IMG/VR virus record: IMGVR_UViG_3300022923_000027
Span: 1 to 45,786 of that record
Source: a virus
Lineage: Duplodnaviria; Caudoviricetes
Length of the DNA stretch: 45,786 nt
Direction: 5' to 3' (one strand)
Part shown: one piece after another, positions 19,723 through 27,556 of the stretch
Layout of the letters: every line of letters starts with the position of its first letter
Numbering within the stretch: the stretch's first letter is position 1
Position numbers and translations under genes: made by a program
The notes under the pieces: model-generated
Databases searched by the model: none
What the model was told of the DNA's origin: nothing
Seen by the model: the letters and a program-made list of their open reading frames with translations, nothing else

Positions 19723-19890
19723 TCATGTCAAACAAAAACATTGAAAACCTGCGCAAACAGGTTAGACAAATGGGCTACAACCTCGCAGAAATAGAGAAGC
19801 GCGGGCTTAAGGGCCCGGATCATGTTGCTCGCAGGCTTGCTCACAATCTATTGCTTGGTCAATTATACGAGCTAGAAAAGAGGGTTTAAC

Positions 19891-19929
19891 AGGTTGACGG
19901 GCCCGCTTGTGGGGGCGGGCCCGTTAACC
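19891..19929. terminator. strong GC-rich hairpin abutting element E2
   Basis: GGTTGACGGGCCCGC / GCGGGCCCGTTAACC inverted repeat at the end of an operon; no clear U-tract. Confidence 0.6.
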
Positions 19930-20000
19930 CCTTATCTTCAACGACTTACGAAAAACCGCCCAGGCCCGCATTTCATAACTCATTGAATACCAATCACTTA
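19925..20000. repeat. dyad element E2 (76 bp; first palindrome degenerate)
   Basis: ...CAACGACTTA + 27 bp (CCCAGG) + TAACTCATTG-N5-CAATCACTTA. Confidence 0.85.
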
Positions 20001-20080
20001 CAACAATCTTTAGTTTTATGCAAAAAAAGTGTTGACATAACATCATTTTCTGTCATACTTGTATACATAAAGACGATAAC

Positions 20081-20140
20081 CGCAAACAAAAAAAATTAGT
20101 CGAAACAAAAAAAACTTAATCGAAGAAAAAAAAGCTTGAC
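20081..20140 (+). repeat. three tandem 20-bp A-tract repeats ending in a -35 box
   Basis: cgcaaacaaaaaaaattagt / cgaaacaaaaaaaacttaat / cgaagaaaaaaaagcttgac. Confidence 0.7.
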
Positions 20141-20200
20141 AGATCAGCCAAAATTTAGTAAAATTAATCCATCAAGACAATAACTCACAAAGAAAAAATT

Positions 20201-20956
20201 ATGACCAAAAAAATCAACCTCTCCGTATGTGCAACCAAAGAATCTTCCTTCAAGGAAATTCAAGCAGTCAAGACTCCCGAAGCAACTGACTCTTGGCAAC
20301 CCATTAGTCATGCGTTTCTTGTGGATCGTGTGCAGAACCAAATGCAAGACAATGGTTGGGAAATTGTTGACACTTATCATTCCCTTCATCGCTTTGGTCA
20401 ACGCTACTTTGGCTTGTTTCATGTCAAGAATACAGGCGTTGACAATGACGAGCGTGGAACCATTGTTGGTCTTCGTAACTCGCACGACAAATGCTTTCCT
20501 GCAGGACTCTGCATGGGCAATGCTCCATTTGTCTGCTCAAATCTCATCTTCACCAATGAGGTTGTACTTGCAAGACGGCACACTAAAAACATCTTGAACG
20601 ACTTGTCTCAAGTTATCGCTCGCACTCTTGGCAAAATGACCGAGACATGGACGAGCGACGAGCAACGCATCCAAGCGTACAAAGAACATGAACTTGACAA
20701 CTCTCAAGCCCATGACCTTGTGATTCGTGCTTACCAAAATGGTGCGATCAGCAAAGCAAAAATCGCTGATGTTGTCGAGCAATGGCACAAGCCCGAACAC
20801 GATGACTTCTCACCTCGCACCATGCACTCGCTTTACAATGGATTCACGCATATCCTTAAAGGTGGAATCACGGCATTGCCAAATCGTTCTCTCGCTTTGC
20901 ATGGCGTTCTCGACTCTGAAGTGGGCTTGATTTCTCAACCTGCAAACGCATCTTAA
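20201..20956 (+). CDS. DUF932-family protein
   Basis: PISH, GLRNSHDK, G...FVCSN, RRHT and SLYN.FT motifs. Confidence 0.75.
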   Translation: MTKKINLSVCATKESSFKEIQAVKTPEATDSWQPISHAFLVDRVQNQMQDNGWEIVDTYHSLHRFGQRYFGLFHVKNTGVDNDERGTIVGLRNSHDKCFPAGLCMGNAPFVCSNLIFTNEVVLARRHTKNILNDLSQVIARTLGKMTETWTSDEQRIQAYKEHELDNSQAHDLVIRAYQNGAISKAKIADVVEQWHKPEHDDFSPRTMHSLYNGFTHILKGGITALPNRSLALHGVLDSEVGLISQPANAS

Positions 20957-20998
20957 TCATAACAAACCATAAACCTAAACCTAAAAAAAATTAAAATT

Positions 20999-21229
20999 AT
21001 GAAAAAGCAACCAAAACTCCAAAATGTAGTTGATAGTCTCAAGGGTCGTTTCGTTTCCCTTCTTGTAAAGCAAGGCGAGCAACGCAAAGCGTTCTCTGCA
21101 AAGGTAAACGGCGTCACCTCTCGCCATGTAATGTTCTCGGACATGAATGGAAGAAATCGTCGAGTTAATCGTCGCCATGTGCTTCGGGCAACTTGTGCCG
21201 ACAAGACTTTTAAAAGGTCGGTGAGTTAA
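20999..21229 (+). CDS. small basic hypothetical protein
   Basis: ORF track; followed by terminator. Confidence 0.65.
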   Translation: MKKQPKLQNVVDSLKGRFVSLLVKQGEQRKAFSAKVNGVTSRHVMFSDMNGRNRRVNRRHVLRATCADKTFKRSVS

Positions 21230-21253
21230 TCGAGGCAAGCCCTCGTATGTTAT

Positions 21254-21278
21254 AGCCTCCCTTCGGGGAGGCTTTTTT
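21254..21278 (+). terminator. intrinsic terminator
   Basis: AGCCTCCC-TTCG-GGGAGGCT then T-run. Confidence 0.9.
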
Positions 21279-21297
21279 GTTTTTAAATTTATTGCTG

Positions 21298-21374
21298 TAA
21301 GTTGTTGAATTTCAAGCAGTTATGCAAATCGGGCCTAGGCAATTTCGCGCAAGTCGTTGAGCCTCAGCAAGATG
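21298..21374. repeat. 77-bp dyad element E3
   Basis: TAAGTTGTTG-N5-CAAGCAGTTA + 27 bp (CCTAGG) + CAAGTCGTTG-N5-CAGCAAGATG. Confidence 0.9.
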
Positions 21375-21446
21375 CGTAACAAAACTTTTTTTATTTTTTT
21401 CAATTTAGGGGTTGACTTAGCGAGTTAATCTGTCATAATTATGTAC

Positions 21447-22175
21447 ATGATTAAGACAACTATTCTCACTCAAGGTAACGCAAAGATAGTCAAAGGCGAG
21501 GAGCTTGGCTATGTAACTAAAGGCATCCATTTTGCTCCTGCTAATCTTTCGGGCAATGAAGTTTGCCAATGGCGTAGCAAAGGTTGCACGGCAAGTTGCC
21601 TCAACACAGCGGGTCGTGGTCAAATGAATAGCATTCAACAATCACGCATTGCCAAGACAAAGTTATTCTTCGACAAGCAAATTGAATTCCTTCACAAGCT
21701 ATCGAAAGAAATTTCCAATTCAATCAAGTCATCGACAAAGAAGGGTATGAAGTCAGTCTTTCGTCTTAATCTCACAAGCGACATCGCTTGGGAGTCTGTA
21801 TTTTTCAATGAAGAAAAACCTCAAACAATCTTTGACAAGTTTCCGTCAATCCAATTCTACGATTATACAAAGTCATTCAAGAGAATGGCTCAGTATCTTG
21901 GCAAGCACAAAGAGTTTCCAAAAAACTATCACTTGACCTTTAGCCGTTCAGAAACAAACGACAAGCTTAGCCAAATGGTTCTTGAAATGGGTGGCAATGT
22001 AGCCGTTGTGTTTCGCAATCAACTTCCAAAAACATGGAAGGGTTACGAGGTTGTCAATGGTGATGACAATGACCTTCGCTTTCTTGACAAGCAAGGTGTG
22101 GTCGTCGGCTTAATCGAGAAGGGCATGGCAAAAAAGGATTCAACGGGATTTGTTCAAGAGGGAATTGACTCTTGA
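21447..22175 (+). CDS. GP88-like phage protein (Cys-rich, radical-SAM-like)
   Basis: C...S.GC...CL...GRG, FRLN.TSD..W, FYDYTK, YHLTFS, GD..DLRFLD, KG.AK.D..GFV; second Met fits the leaderless promoter. Confidence 0.75.
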   Translation: MIKTTILTQGNAKIVKGEELGYVTKGIHFAPANLSGNEVCQWRSKGCTASCLNTAGRGQMNSIQQSRIAKTKLFFDKQIEFLHKLSKEISNSIKSSTKKGMKSVFRLNLTSDIAWESVFFNEEKPQTIFDKFPSIQFYDYTKSFKRMAQYLGKHKEFPKNYHLTFSRSETNDKLSQMVLEMGGNVAVVFRNQLPKTWKGYEVVNGDDNDLRFLDKQGVVVGLIEKGMAKKDSTGFVQEGIDS

Positions 22176-22386
22176 CAATCCAACTCAACTCAACTATTAT
22201 TACATCATGACAGATACTTATTACGAATCGGCTGAAGACATTAAACTCTCACAACAAGAAGCATTCAATGTACTTGCTCAACATGGTTGCCAAGAGATTG
22301 ACGAATTCTTTCAAGACATGGGCGACAAGGAAGAGTATGATGCACAAAAAGTGTTGCAATGGTTAGGCTATTAACAAATCAAAGAT

Positions 22387-22491
22387 ATGAAAAAAATACT
22401 ATTATTCGGATCAATTTTATTCACCTTTAGTGCATACACTTTGCTTTGCATTTATGCGGATGTTGTAAACGCTTGGTTGCAAGCGAGTTAG
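22387..22491 (+). CDS. 34-aa single-TM microprotein (MKKILLFGSILFTFSAYTLLCIYADVVNAWLQAS)
   Basis: Translated by hand; 3' end runs through the first palindrome of E4. Confidence 0.45.
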   Translation: MKKILLFGSILFTFSAYTLLCIYADVVNAWLQAS

Positions 22492-22542
22492 GGCAAACCG
22501 CCCTGGCCAAAATCGCGCAAGTCGTTGATGAAGAAGCGCTTA
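22466..22542. repeat. 77-bp dyad element E4
   Basis: TAAACGCTTG-N5-AAGCGAGTTA + 27 bp (GGGCAAACCGCCCTGG...) + CAAGTCGTTG-N5-GAAGCGCTTA; spacer inverted relative to E6/E7/E9. Confidence 0.85.
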
Positions 22543-22605
22543 TGACTTTTTTTAATTTTATGTTTTTTATGTTGACTCTAGGCAAGGGTCTGTCATAATG
22601 ATACT

Positions 22606-22708
22606 TACCAACACGACCTGATCAAGCTGCAAATTGATGGAGGTGAAGAGAAGCATGATTGCAGTCAACGCTAAACTCTTGGGGGTTCGATTCCCTCCGT
22701 GTCTGGTA
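22606..22708 (+). ncRNA. unclassified 103-nt four-way-junction RNA with a tRNA T-arm
   Basis: Own promoter (TTGACT 22572, CATAAT 22594); terminal stem TACCA-ACACG / CGTGT-C-TGGTA; T-arm GGGGG-TTCGATT-CCCTC; two internal arms. Confidence 0.7.
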
Positions 22709-22752
22709 TGATTTTTACTTGACTTCTGCACTCACTCTGTCATAATTGAACC

Positions 22753-22866
22753 ATGATAAAGATTAGAAAAAAGATTCTCTTCACCAAGTCAAGACCACAC
22801 AAGGTCAAGGCGAAAGTGATCCATCGCAAACTCAAACACAAGGAGGCATTAACCCATGTATCTTAA
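22753..22866 (+). CDS. 37-aa very basic peptide (MIKIRKKILFTKSRPHKVKAKVIHRKLKHKEALTHVS)
   Basis: Translated by hand; TTGACT(22719)-N16-CATAAT ends 6 nt before ATG. Confidence 0.6.
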   Translation: MIKIRKKILFTKSRPHKVKAKVIHRKLKHKEALTHVS

Positions 22867-23101
22867 CGACCCACATCATATACAAGTCCAAGACTTGAAT
22901 GCAATCGAGGCAAACGAATTAGCAATGTCATTCATTCACGACGAACTCATCGAACCAATGGAAAGAAACAATTTGCTTGACAATGACGCACTTTCTCTAT
23001 TGAATGTAGTTGGTGGAGCATTAAAATCCATCGCTCAAAAAGCTCACTCATACGAAACCCTATACGAAAACAAGCACGATGCAAAGTATCTCCGTAACTA
23101 G
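22856..23101 (+). CDS. hypothetical phage protein
   Basis: ORF track; AAGGAGG upstream. Confidence 0.65.
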   Translation: MYLNDPHHIQVQDLNAIEANELAMSFIHDELIEPMERNNLLDNDALSLLNVVGGALKSIAQKAHSYETLYENKHDAKYLRN

Positions 23102-23280
23102 CAAAAAGTATCTCATCACCAAAAGCAATGATAATTGTGTGATCGCAGTTCTTTCTGAAGACAAGACATCGAAATCTGATTTCTTTATCAACGAAACAAC
23201 CATGAAAAAAAACATTGACAACAAGACATTTGTTCGCCATAATGTATTAAAGTATAACAACGAGCCAATCTACATCTACC

Positions 23281-23640
23281 ATGAAGACATTTAATGATTT
23301 AAATTTCCAACCTCATCCTCAAGCAGAAGACCTTGGTGTGCAAGCACGCATGACTTTTGACAATGGTTACGCTATCAGCGTGGTCGCGAACACGGAAGGA
23401 GGGACAAGTTTTTATGGAAATCATCCTGACACTTACGAGGTTGCTATTTTTAATCAGCGTGGAGATTTTGTTCCTTTGCAGAAATGTGATGATGTTATTG
23501 GTTGGCAAGACGCAATACAAGTATCCAAGTTGATGAAACAATTTCAAGAAGATGGCTTGCAACACGAAAAACTTTTGCATGCAATTAGGCAAGACTTCGA
23601 CAAGCAACTTAAACAAAAAAACCTAGCAAGATATGAATAG
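23281..23640 (+). CDS. conserved phage hypothetical protein
   Basis: F.NGY..SVV...YG...YEVA....DV.GW, recalled as a widespread phage family. Confidence 0.75.
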   Translation: MKTFNDLNFQPHPQAEDLGVQARMTFDNGYAISVVANTEGGTSFYGNHPDTYEVAIFNQRGDFVPLQKCDDVIGWQDAIQVSKLMKQFQEDGLQHEKLLHAIRQDFDKQLKQKNLARYE

Positions 23641-23797
23641 TTACCAAATATTAAACAACGGCGAGCCCGCGGGCATTGTGGGCACTCTCGACTATATAGT
23701 GATCGCACTTCGCAATCTTGAATCGAATATTGATCGGGCGACAACTCATTCACCTTATACAATTGCATTGGTAGAGCGGGCAATAAGAATGTCAACG

Positions 23798-23857
23798 CAA
23801 TAAATACCAAATAGAAATAGAACAAATACAAATAGAAATACAAATACAATAAATACA
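23798..23857 (+). repeat. degenerate (SAAATA)n tract
   Basis: caataaataccaaatagaaatagaacaaatacaaatagaaatacaaatacaataaataca. Confidence 0.7.
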
Positions 23858-23900
23858 TTTAAACTAAAAGCACAAATGCACTAAAGCGACAGAAATTCTG

Positions 23901-23977
23901 TAAGTTGCTATATATCAACGAGTTACGAAAAACTCGCCTAGGCGATTTCGCCTAAGTTGTTGAATACCAATGACTTA
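23901..23977. repeat. 77-bp dyad element E5, at the convergence of the two arms
   Basis: TAAGTTGCTA-N5-CAACGAGTTA + 27 bp (TCGCCTAGGCGA) + TAAGTTGTTG-N5-CAATGACTTA. Confidence 0.9.
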
Positions 23978-23982
23978 CTGAA

Positions 23983-24204
23983 CTATTCGTCCATCAACCA
24001 CTCGTCGAGTGCGTAGGTGTCTAGATCTGGATCCTTGAAGCTTGCTCCATCTGGAGTGCAGGGAGTACCCATCTCCTGAAGTCTATCCGCAAGGTCTTTG
24101 TAATTGACAAAGCGGCGAGAGAGCTTGTAAAGGCTTTCGTCGTTATCTAACCAAAGGGCAACATTCCAAGTCGCCCAATTTTTCCAACCGTTGTAATTTT
24201 CCAT
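23983..24204 (-). CDS. conserved phage hypothetical protein (YNGW.N..TW.V.LW family)
   Basis: YNGWKNWATWNVALWLDND...TPDG motif. Confidence 0.8.
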   Translation of the reverse strand: MENYNGWKNWATWNVALWLDNDESLYKLSRRFVNYKDLADRLQEMGTPCTPDGASFKDPDLDTYALDEWLMDE

Positions 24205-24244
24205 GATATTAATCTAGTTTAATTTTTTGTGAAAGTCAAGCGAA

Positions 24245-24430
24245 TCACTCCCATTCGGAGTGAAAGCCCCAATCAATGTCGGGCTGATCCTCGAACTCGA
24301 GCAGAGCAATCTGGTCTTCCAGCTCGCCGATTTCGTTGCGTATCGCAACTCTTTGCGAGTCAGTCAAAATGCACTCTTTGAGTGCTTTGTGAAGGTCGAT
24401 GATTTCTTTTTGCATTTCTGTTTTAGTCAT
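24245..24430 (-). CDS. hypothetical phage protein
   Basis: ATG 5 nt after minus-strand TTGACA-N17-TACCTT. Confidence 0.65.
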   Translation of the reverse strand: MTKTEMQKEIIDLHKALKECILTDSQRVAIRNEIGELEDQIALLEFEDQPDIDWGFHSEWE

Positions 24431-24494
24431 ACCTAAAGGTAGCATCATTAAGTAGCTTTGTCAAATTTTTTTTTAAATTATTTTTATTTTGTTG

Positions 24495-24571
24495 TAAAGC
24501 TTTGGGCGTCAACGAGTTACGAAAAACAGACCTGGGCGGTTTGCCCTAAGTCGTTGATGTTCAAGAGTTTG
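24495..24571. repeat. 77-bp dyad element E6
   Basis: TAAAGCTTTG-N5-CAACGAGTTA + 27 bp (CCTGGG) + TAAGTCGTTG-N5-CAAGAGTTTG. Confidence 0.9.
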
Positions 24572-24627
24572 GGAGAAAGGTCAAGCCCCGATACTCAGTG
24601 AATGACCTATACTCCCAAAAGTTTGTA

Positions 24628-24714
24628 TTAAAAGTCTGCCCCGAAAAAGAATTGGTTAATCATGCGAATGATTCCGACTATACTGCTGATGATGATGATT
24701 GTAGCTATATCCAT
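24628..24714 (-). CDS. 28-aa hydrophobic microprotein (MDIATIIIISSIVGIIRMINQFFFGADF)
   Basis: TTTACT-N17-TATAAT ends 6 nt before ATG; paralogue of 17781..17858. Confidence 0.65.
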   Translation of the reverse strand: MDIATIIIISSIVGIIRMINQFFFGADF

Positions 24715-24751
24715 GCGTATATTATACCAAAAATCAAGGTTCAAGTAAAGA

Positions 24752-25048
24752 TTAATCTTCAAAAACTTCACGCATCAATGGGCTGACTGCCGTCATGTCT
24801 GCAAGGTTTTCGTCGTTGTCGTAGTCTTCGTCCTCTGATGCTTTATCTTCACTTGACGCAAGCTCGGAAACCTCATCTTCTACATCTCGCTGATTTGCTT
24901 CAAGCAAGCCATGTTCGACGATTAATTCTTCTGCTAGTATATCAGCACGAAGGTCATCAACAAATGATTTAAGACCTGCAGGAAGCTCGGTTGCGTTATT
25001 GTTGCTCGCCATTTGGCGAATGATTTCTAATCTTTGTGATTCTGTCAT
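24752..25048 (-). CDS. acidic hypothetical protein
   Basis: ORF track. Confidence 0.65.
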   Translation of the reverse strand: MTESQRLEIIRQMASNNNATELPAGLKSFVDDLRADILAEELIVEHGLLEANQRDVEDEVSELASSEDKASEDEDYDNDENLADMTAVSPLMREVFED

Positions 25049-25264
25049 GATGTTAATTATGTTTAATTTTAAGAGTTTTGCAAGGAAAAAGTTTGCTGAT
25101 TTTTATTATTTTCGAGTATTTCGTCGAGTTCAATTTGTGCATTAATCACAAGTTGTTGAGCCCCAACATGACCAAGCTCGGCAAGTGAGGTGTGAATTCG
25201 TATGATTTCTTTGAGTTCGTTTATTTTGTTCATGATAGTAGAGTAAGGGAATTGATTTGATTTG

Positions 25265-25834
25265 TCAACCTAAAAGGTAATGATTTAAAGCACTCTCAAG
25301 CTTGCCTTTGTTAAGGTTTTCTTTTCGGTCGCGAGGAACAAAGTTTGACCAATGGTTAGAGCCTCCACTTTGTTTTTCTGTTATATGGTCAACATTCCAA
25401 GCGTTTTTAATGTTTCTGTTTGTCCAATTAGACCAATTTTTGCCGTCTTCAAGCTGAACATCAAGAAAGATTTTGAACTGATCAAAAGAACATCCCAAAG
25501 TTTTTTTGTTGGCTCCGAGAGCATGAATCCTTATCATAAATTTTGATCTTTCGGATCCATCTGTAATCATTGATACTTTTGGATCGTGGGCTACTTTATT
25601 TCTGATTCTTTTATACTTGGCTTTGACTTCAGATTTTTGTTGCCTTGTTTTTTTGATTAACTTTTGAAGTCTTGCAATCTTAATGTCCAACTCTTCAATT
25701 TGATTTCTTTCGGAGATTTTCAGCATATCGGCAAGATCAAGATCTGTTTTGCTATTATTTTCAATTTTTCTTGTTCCGTGGTGTTTGTTCCAAGCTTCAG
25801 ATATTTTAACTTTCATAATTTTATTTTTTAGCAA
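25265..25834 (-). CDS. HNH endonuclease domain protein
   Basis: C-terminal WNVDHITEKQSGGSNHWSNFVPRDRKENLNK; start uncertain. Confidence 0.75.
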   Translation of the reverse strand: MLKNKIMKVKISEAWNKHHGTRKIENNSKTDLDLADMLKISERNQIEELDIKIARLQKLIKKTRQQKSEVKAKYKRIRNKVAHDPKVSMITDGSERSKFMIRIHALGANKKTLGCSFDQFKIFLDVQLEDGKNWSNWTNRNIKNAWNVDHITEKQSGGSNHWSNFVPRDRKENLNKGKLESALNHYLLG

Positions 25835-25864
25835 TTAATGTATAAGTTTTATATTATATATAAT

Positions 25865-25990
25865 TTATTTTGTGTCAAACTTTTTTTTGCTTACATCCTT
25901 AAAAAGATCAATTTTCTTTTCGGTCATGGATTTGTGCATAAAGAAGAAAGCGGGAGCAAAAGTCAAGAGGATCAAGATATCGTAATTCAT
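25865..25990 (-). CDS. 41-aa membrane microprotein (MNYDILILLTFAPAFFFMHK...)
   Basis: Internal ATG of the track ORF; paralogue at 26170..26250. Confidence 0.6.
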   Translation of the reverse strand: MNYDILILLTFAPAFFFMHKSMTEKKIDLFKDVSKKKFDTK

Positions 25991-26095
25991 ATTTTTTTTC
26001 GTTAGGTTAATTAATGTTATGTATACAATGTATACGCAAAATCCGATAAAGTCAAGCAAAACGCAAAAAAAAGTTAAATTATTTTTATTTTGTTG

Positions 26096-26172
26096 TAAGT
26101 TGTTGTTGTTCAATGAGTTACGCAAAACGAGCCTGGGCGGTTTGCCCTAAGTCGTTGACTCTCAGCGACTTA
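26096..26172. repeat. 77-bp dyad element E7
   Basis: TAAGTTGTTG-N5-CAATGAGTTA + 27 bp (CCTGGG) + TAAGTCGTTG-N5-CAGCGACTTA. Confidence 0.9.
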
Positions 26173-26250
26173 CGAGTCGCTAAAGATGTCTTTGTGCATG
26201 ATGTAGAATACTGCAACCCAAGGCAAGAATAGTAGAATATCGTAACTCAT
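26170..26250 (-). CDS. 26-aa membrane microprotein (MSYDILLFLPWVAVFYIMHKDIFSDS)
   Basis: Translated by hand; paralogue of 25865..25990; its TAA is the end of E7. Confidence 0.55.
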   Translation of the reverse strand: MSYDILLFLPWVAVFYIMHKDIFSDS

Positions 26251-26467
26251 AGTTGTTTTGGTTATTTACTTGAGAGAATAGGGGCTTTGAACTTTACGCT
26301 TAATTTTCTAGCGATATGCATCGCTTGTGCGTGAGATTTAGCCGAGTCAACAAGTTTGCCATTATAGACAACGCTAAACCAATTCGAGAAATTCGGGCTT
26401 CTATGTACATTTATCATTTTATTATTTAATCAAAAATTAGAGATTTACGCAAGCAAAAAGTGTGATT

Positions 26468-26656
26468 TTATTGAAAAACCACATTAAAACGAAACTGATT
26501 GAGACCTTCGTCTCGCATGATTTGATTTAGGTAAGCTTCACTTGAAGCAGTGCGAACCCGTGGGCGATCATTGCCCTCTGAATCGATTCCTTGATCGAAG
26601 ATCTTGACAGACCAATGCGTTGACCATTTTTTAATGCGTACTTGTATTTTATTCAT
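26468..26656 (-). CDS. hypothetical protein, copy 1 (MNKIQVRIKKWSTHWSVKIFD...)
   Basis: ORF track; paralogue at 27557..27733. Confidence 0.75.
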   Translation of the reverse strand: MNKIQVRIKKWSTHWSVKIFDQGIDSEGNDRPRVRTASSEAYLNQIMRDEGLNQFRFNVVFQ

Positions 26657-26771
26657 AATTATTTTCGTTTAAGGATTTTAGTTAAAATGAGGATTTTTTC
26701 TCTTTCGGTTAAGTTTGTCATTATGTTATTACTATAAAAAATTTTTCGTATAATTGCAAGAAAAAAGTGAA

Positions 26772-27239
26772 TTATTTTTCTTCCCAAAGTTCGGGATGAC
26801 TTGGAAAGTGAAAAACAAAGCGACCTTGATTTTGTTGGGCAAAGTCAATTTCGAATTGGGAAGGCTCGACTCCATAACGAAGGCGAAAGTTTGCCTCGGA
26901 TGTCGAGATGCCAAGTTCCTTCTTGAGCTTTACGACTTGGTTCATGCTTGGACGAGCAAGCTTGTTTTTGAAAACCTTTTCTTTTGCTTTTGCTTTTGCT
27001 TTTGGGGCAAAAGTTTCATTGCCAACTTGGAAACGCTCGGGAGCGTATTGATTCCAAAGGGTTGCAACTTCGGAAGGTGTCTCGCCATTGGCGACAAGAG
27101 AATGAGCCATTGCCTCGAGATTCTTTTTTGCGTTGAATCCACGAGTCCAAACGGAATGGTCATCCGAGAAGTCAAAGAACCAATCATGTCCTTGAAGGGC
27201 GTTTACGAAGTCGTTAATCATTTTATTTGTCTTAATCAT
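26772..27239 (-). CDS. hypothetical phage protein
   Basis: L..HDW.F.FSDDH.VW..G motif; ATG follows a TTGACT promoter. Confidence 0.7.
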   Translation of the reverse strand: MIKTNKMINDFVNALQGHDWFFDFSDDHSVWTRGFNAKKNLEAMAHSLVANGETPSEVATLWNQYAPERFQVGNETFAPKAKAKAKEKVFKNKLARPSMNQVVKLKKELGISTSEANFRLRYGVEPSQFEIDFAQQNQGRFVFHFPSHPELWEEK

Positions 27240-27302
27240 ATACCTACAAGGTAGCACATAAACTAGCAAAAGTCAAATTTATTTGCAATTATTTTCATCA
27301 CA

Positions 27303-27327
27303 TAAAACACTATCAATCAAGCACTTA
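27303..27327. repeat. accessory third palindrome of E8
   Basis: TAAAACACTA-N5-CAAGCACTTA, starting 79 bp before E8. Confidence 0.65.
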
Positions 27328-27381
27328 CATAAAACCGCGAAAAAAACTTTAATTTATTTGCGATTATTTTTTATTTTGTTG

Positions 27382-27458
27382 TAAAGCGTTGACTGTCAAC
27401 GACTTACGCAAACCGGCCCTAGGATTTTTTACGCAAGTTGCTGATACGCAACAACTTA
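27382..27458. repeat. 77-bp dyad element E8
   Basis: TAAAGCGTTG-N5-CAACGACTTA + 27 bp (CCTAGG) + CAAGTTGCTG-N5-CAACAACTTA. Confidence 0.9.
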
Positions 27459-27474
27459 TGCAATCTTTTTAAAG

Positions 27475-27549
27475 TGGTGGGCTAAGGTGGATTTGAACCA
27501 CCGACCGCCGCGTTATCAACACGGAGCTCTACCGCTGAGCTATTAGCCC
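27475..27549 (-). tRNA. tRNA-Ile(GAT)
   Basis: GGGCTAA-TAGCTCAGCGGTAGAGC-T-CCGTG-TTGATAA-CGCGG-CGGTC-GGTGG-TTCAAAT-CCACC-TTAGCCC-A-CCA; full cloverleaf with encoded CCA. Confidence 0.95.
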
Positions 27550-27556
27550 GCTAGGA

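Noticed and set aside
22606-22708. Canonical tRNA-Cys or tmRNA
   Set aside because: No D-arm, no 7-bp acceptor with NCCA, the GCA loop is in the wrong arm, and there is no tag ORF; kept as an unclassified ncRNA.
23660-23785. GC-rich patch with a GCCCGCGGGC palindrome and a distal GCGGGC, as a possible ncRNA
   Set aside because: Only 6-bp pairings and no convincing promoter or overall fold by eye.
25149-25173. Possible additional element palindrome (CAAGTTGTTG-AGCCC-CAACATGACC)
   Set aside because: Single, degenerate, lies inside a probable small minus-strand ORF and has no partner 27 bp away.
26754-27254. 166-aa plus-strand ORF and the many other antisense or nested ORFs in the track
   Set aside because: They shadow better-supported genes that have promoters and family motifs on the opposite strand or frame.
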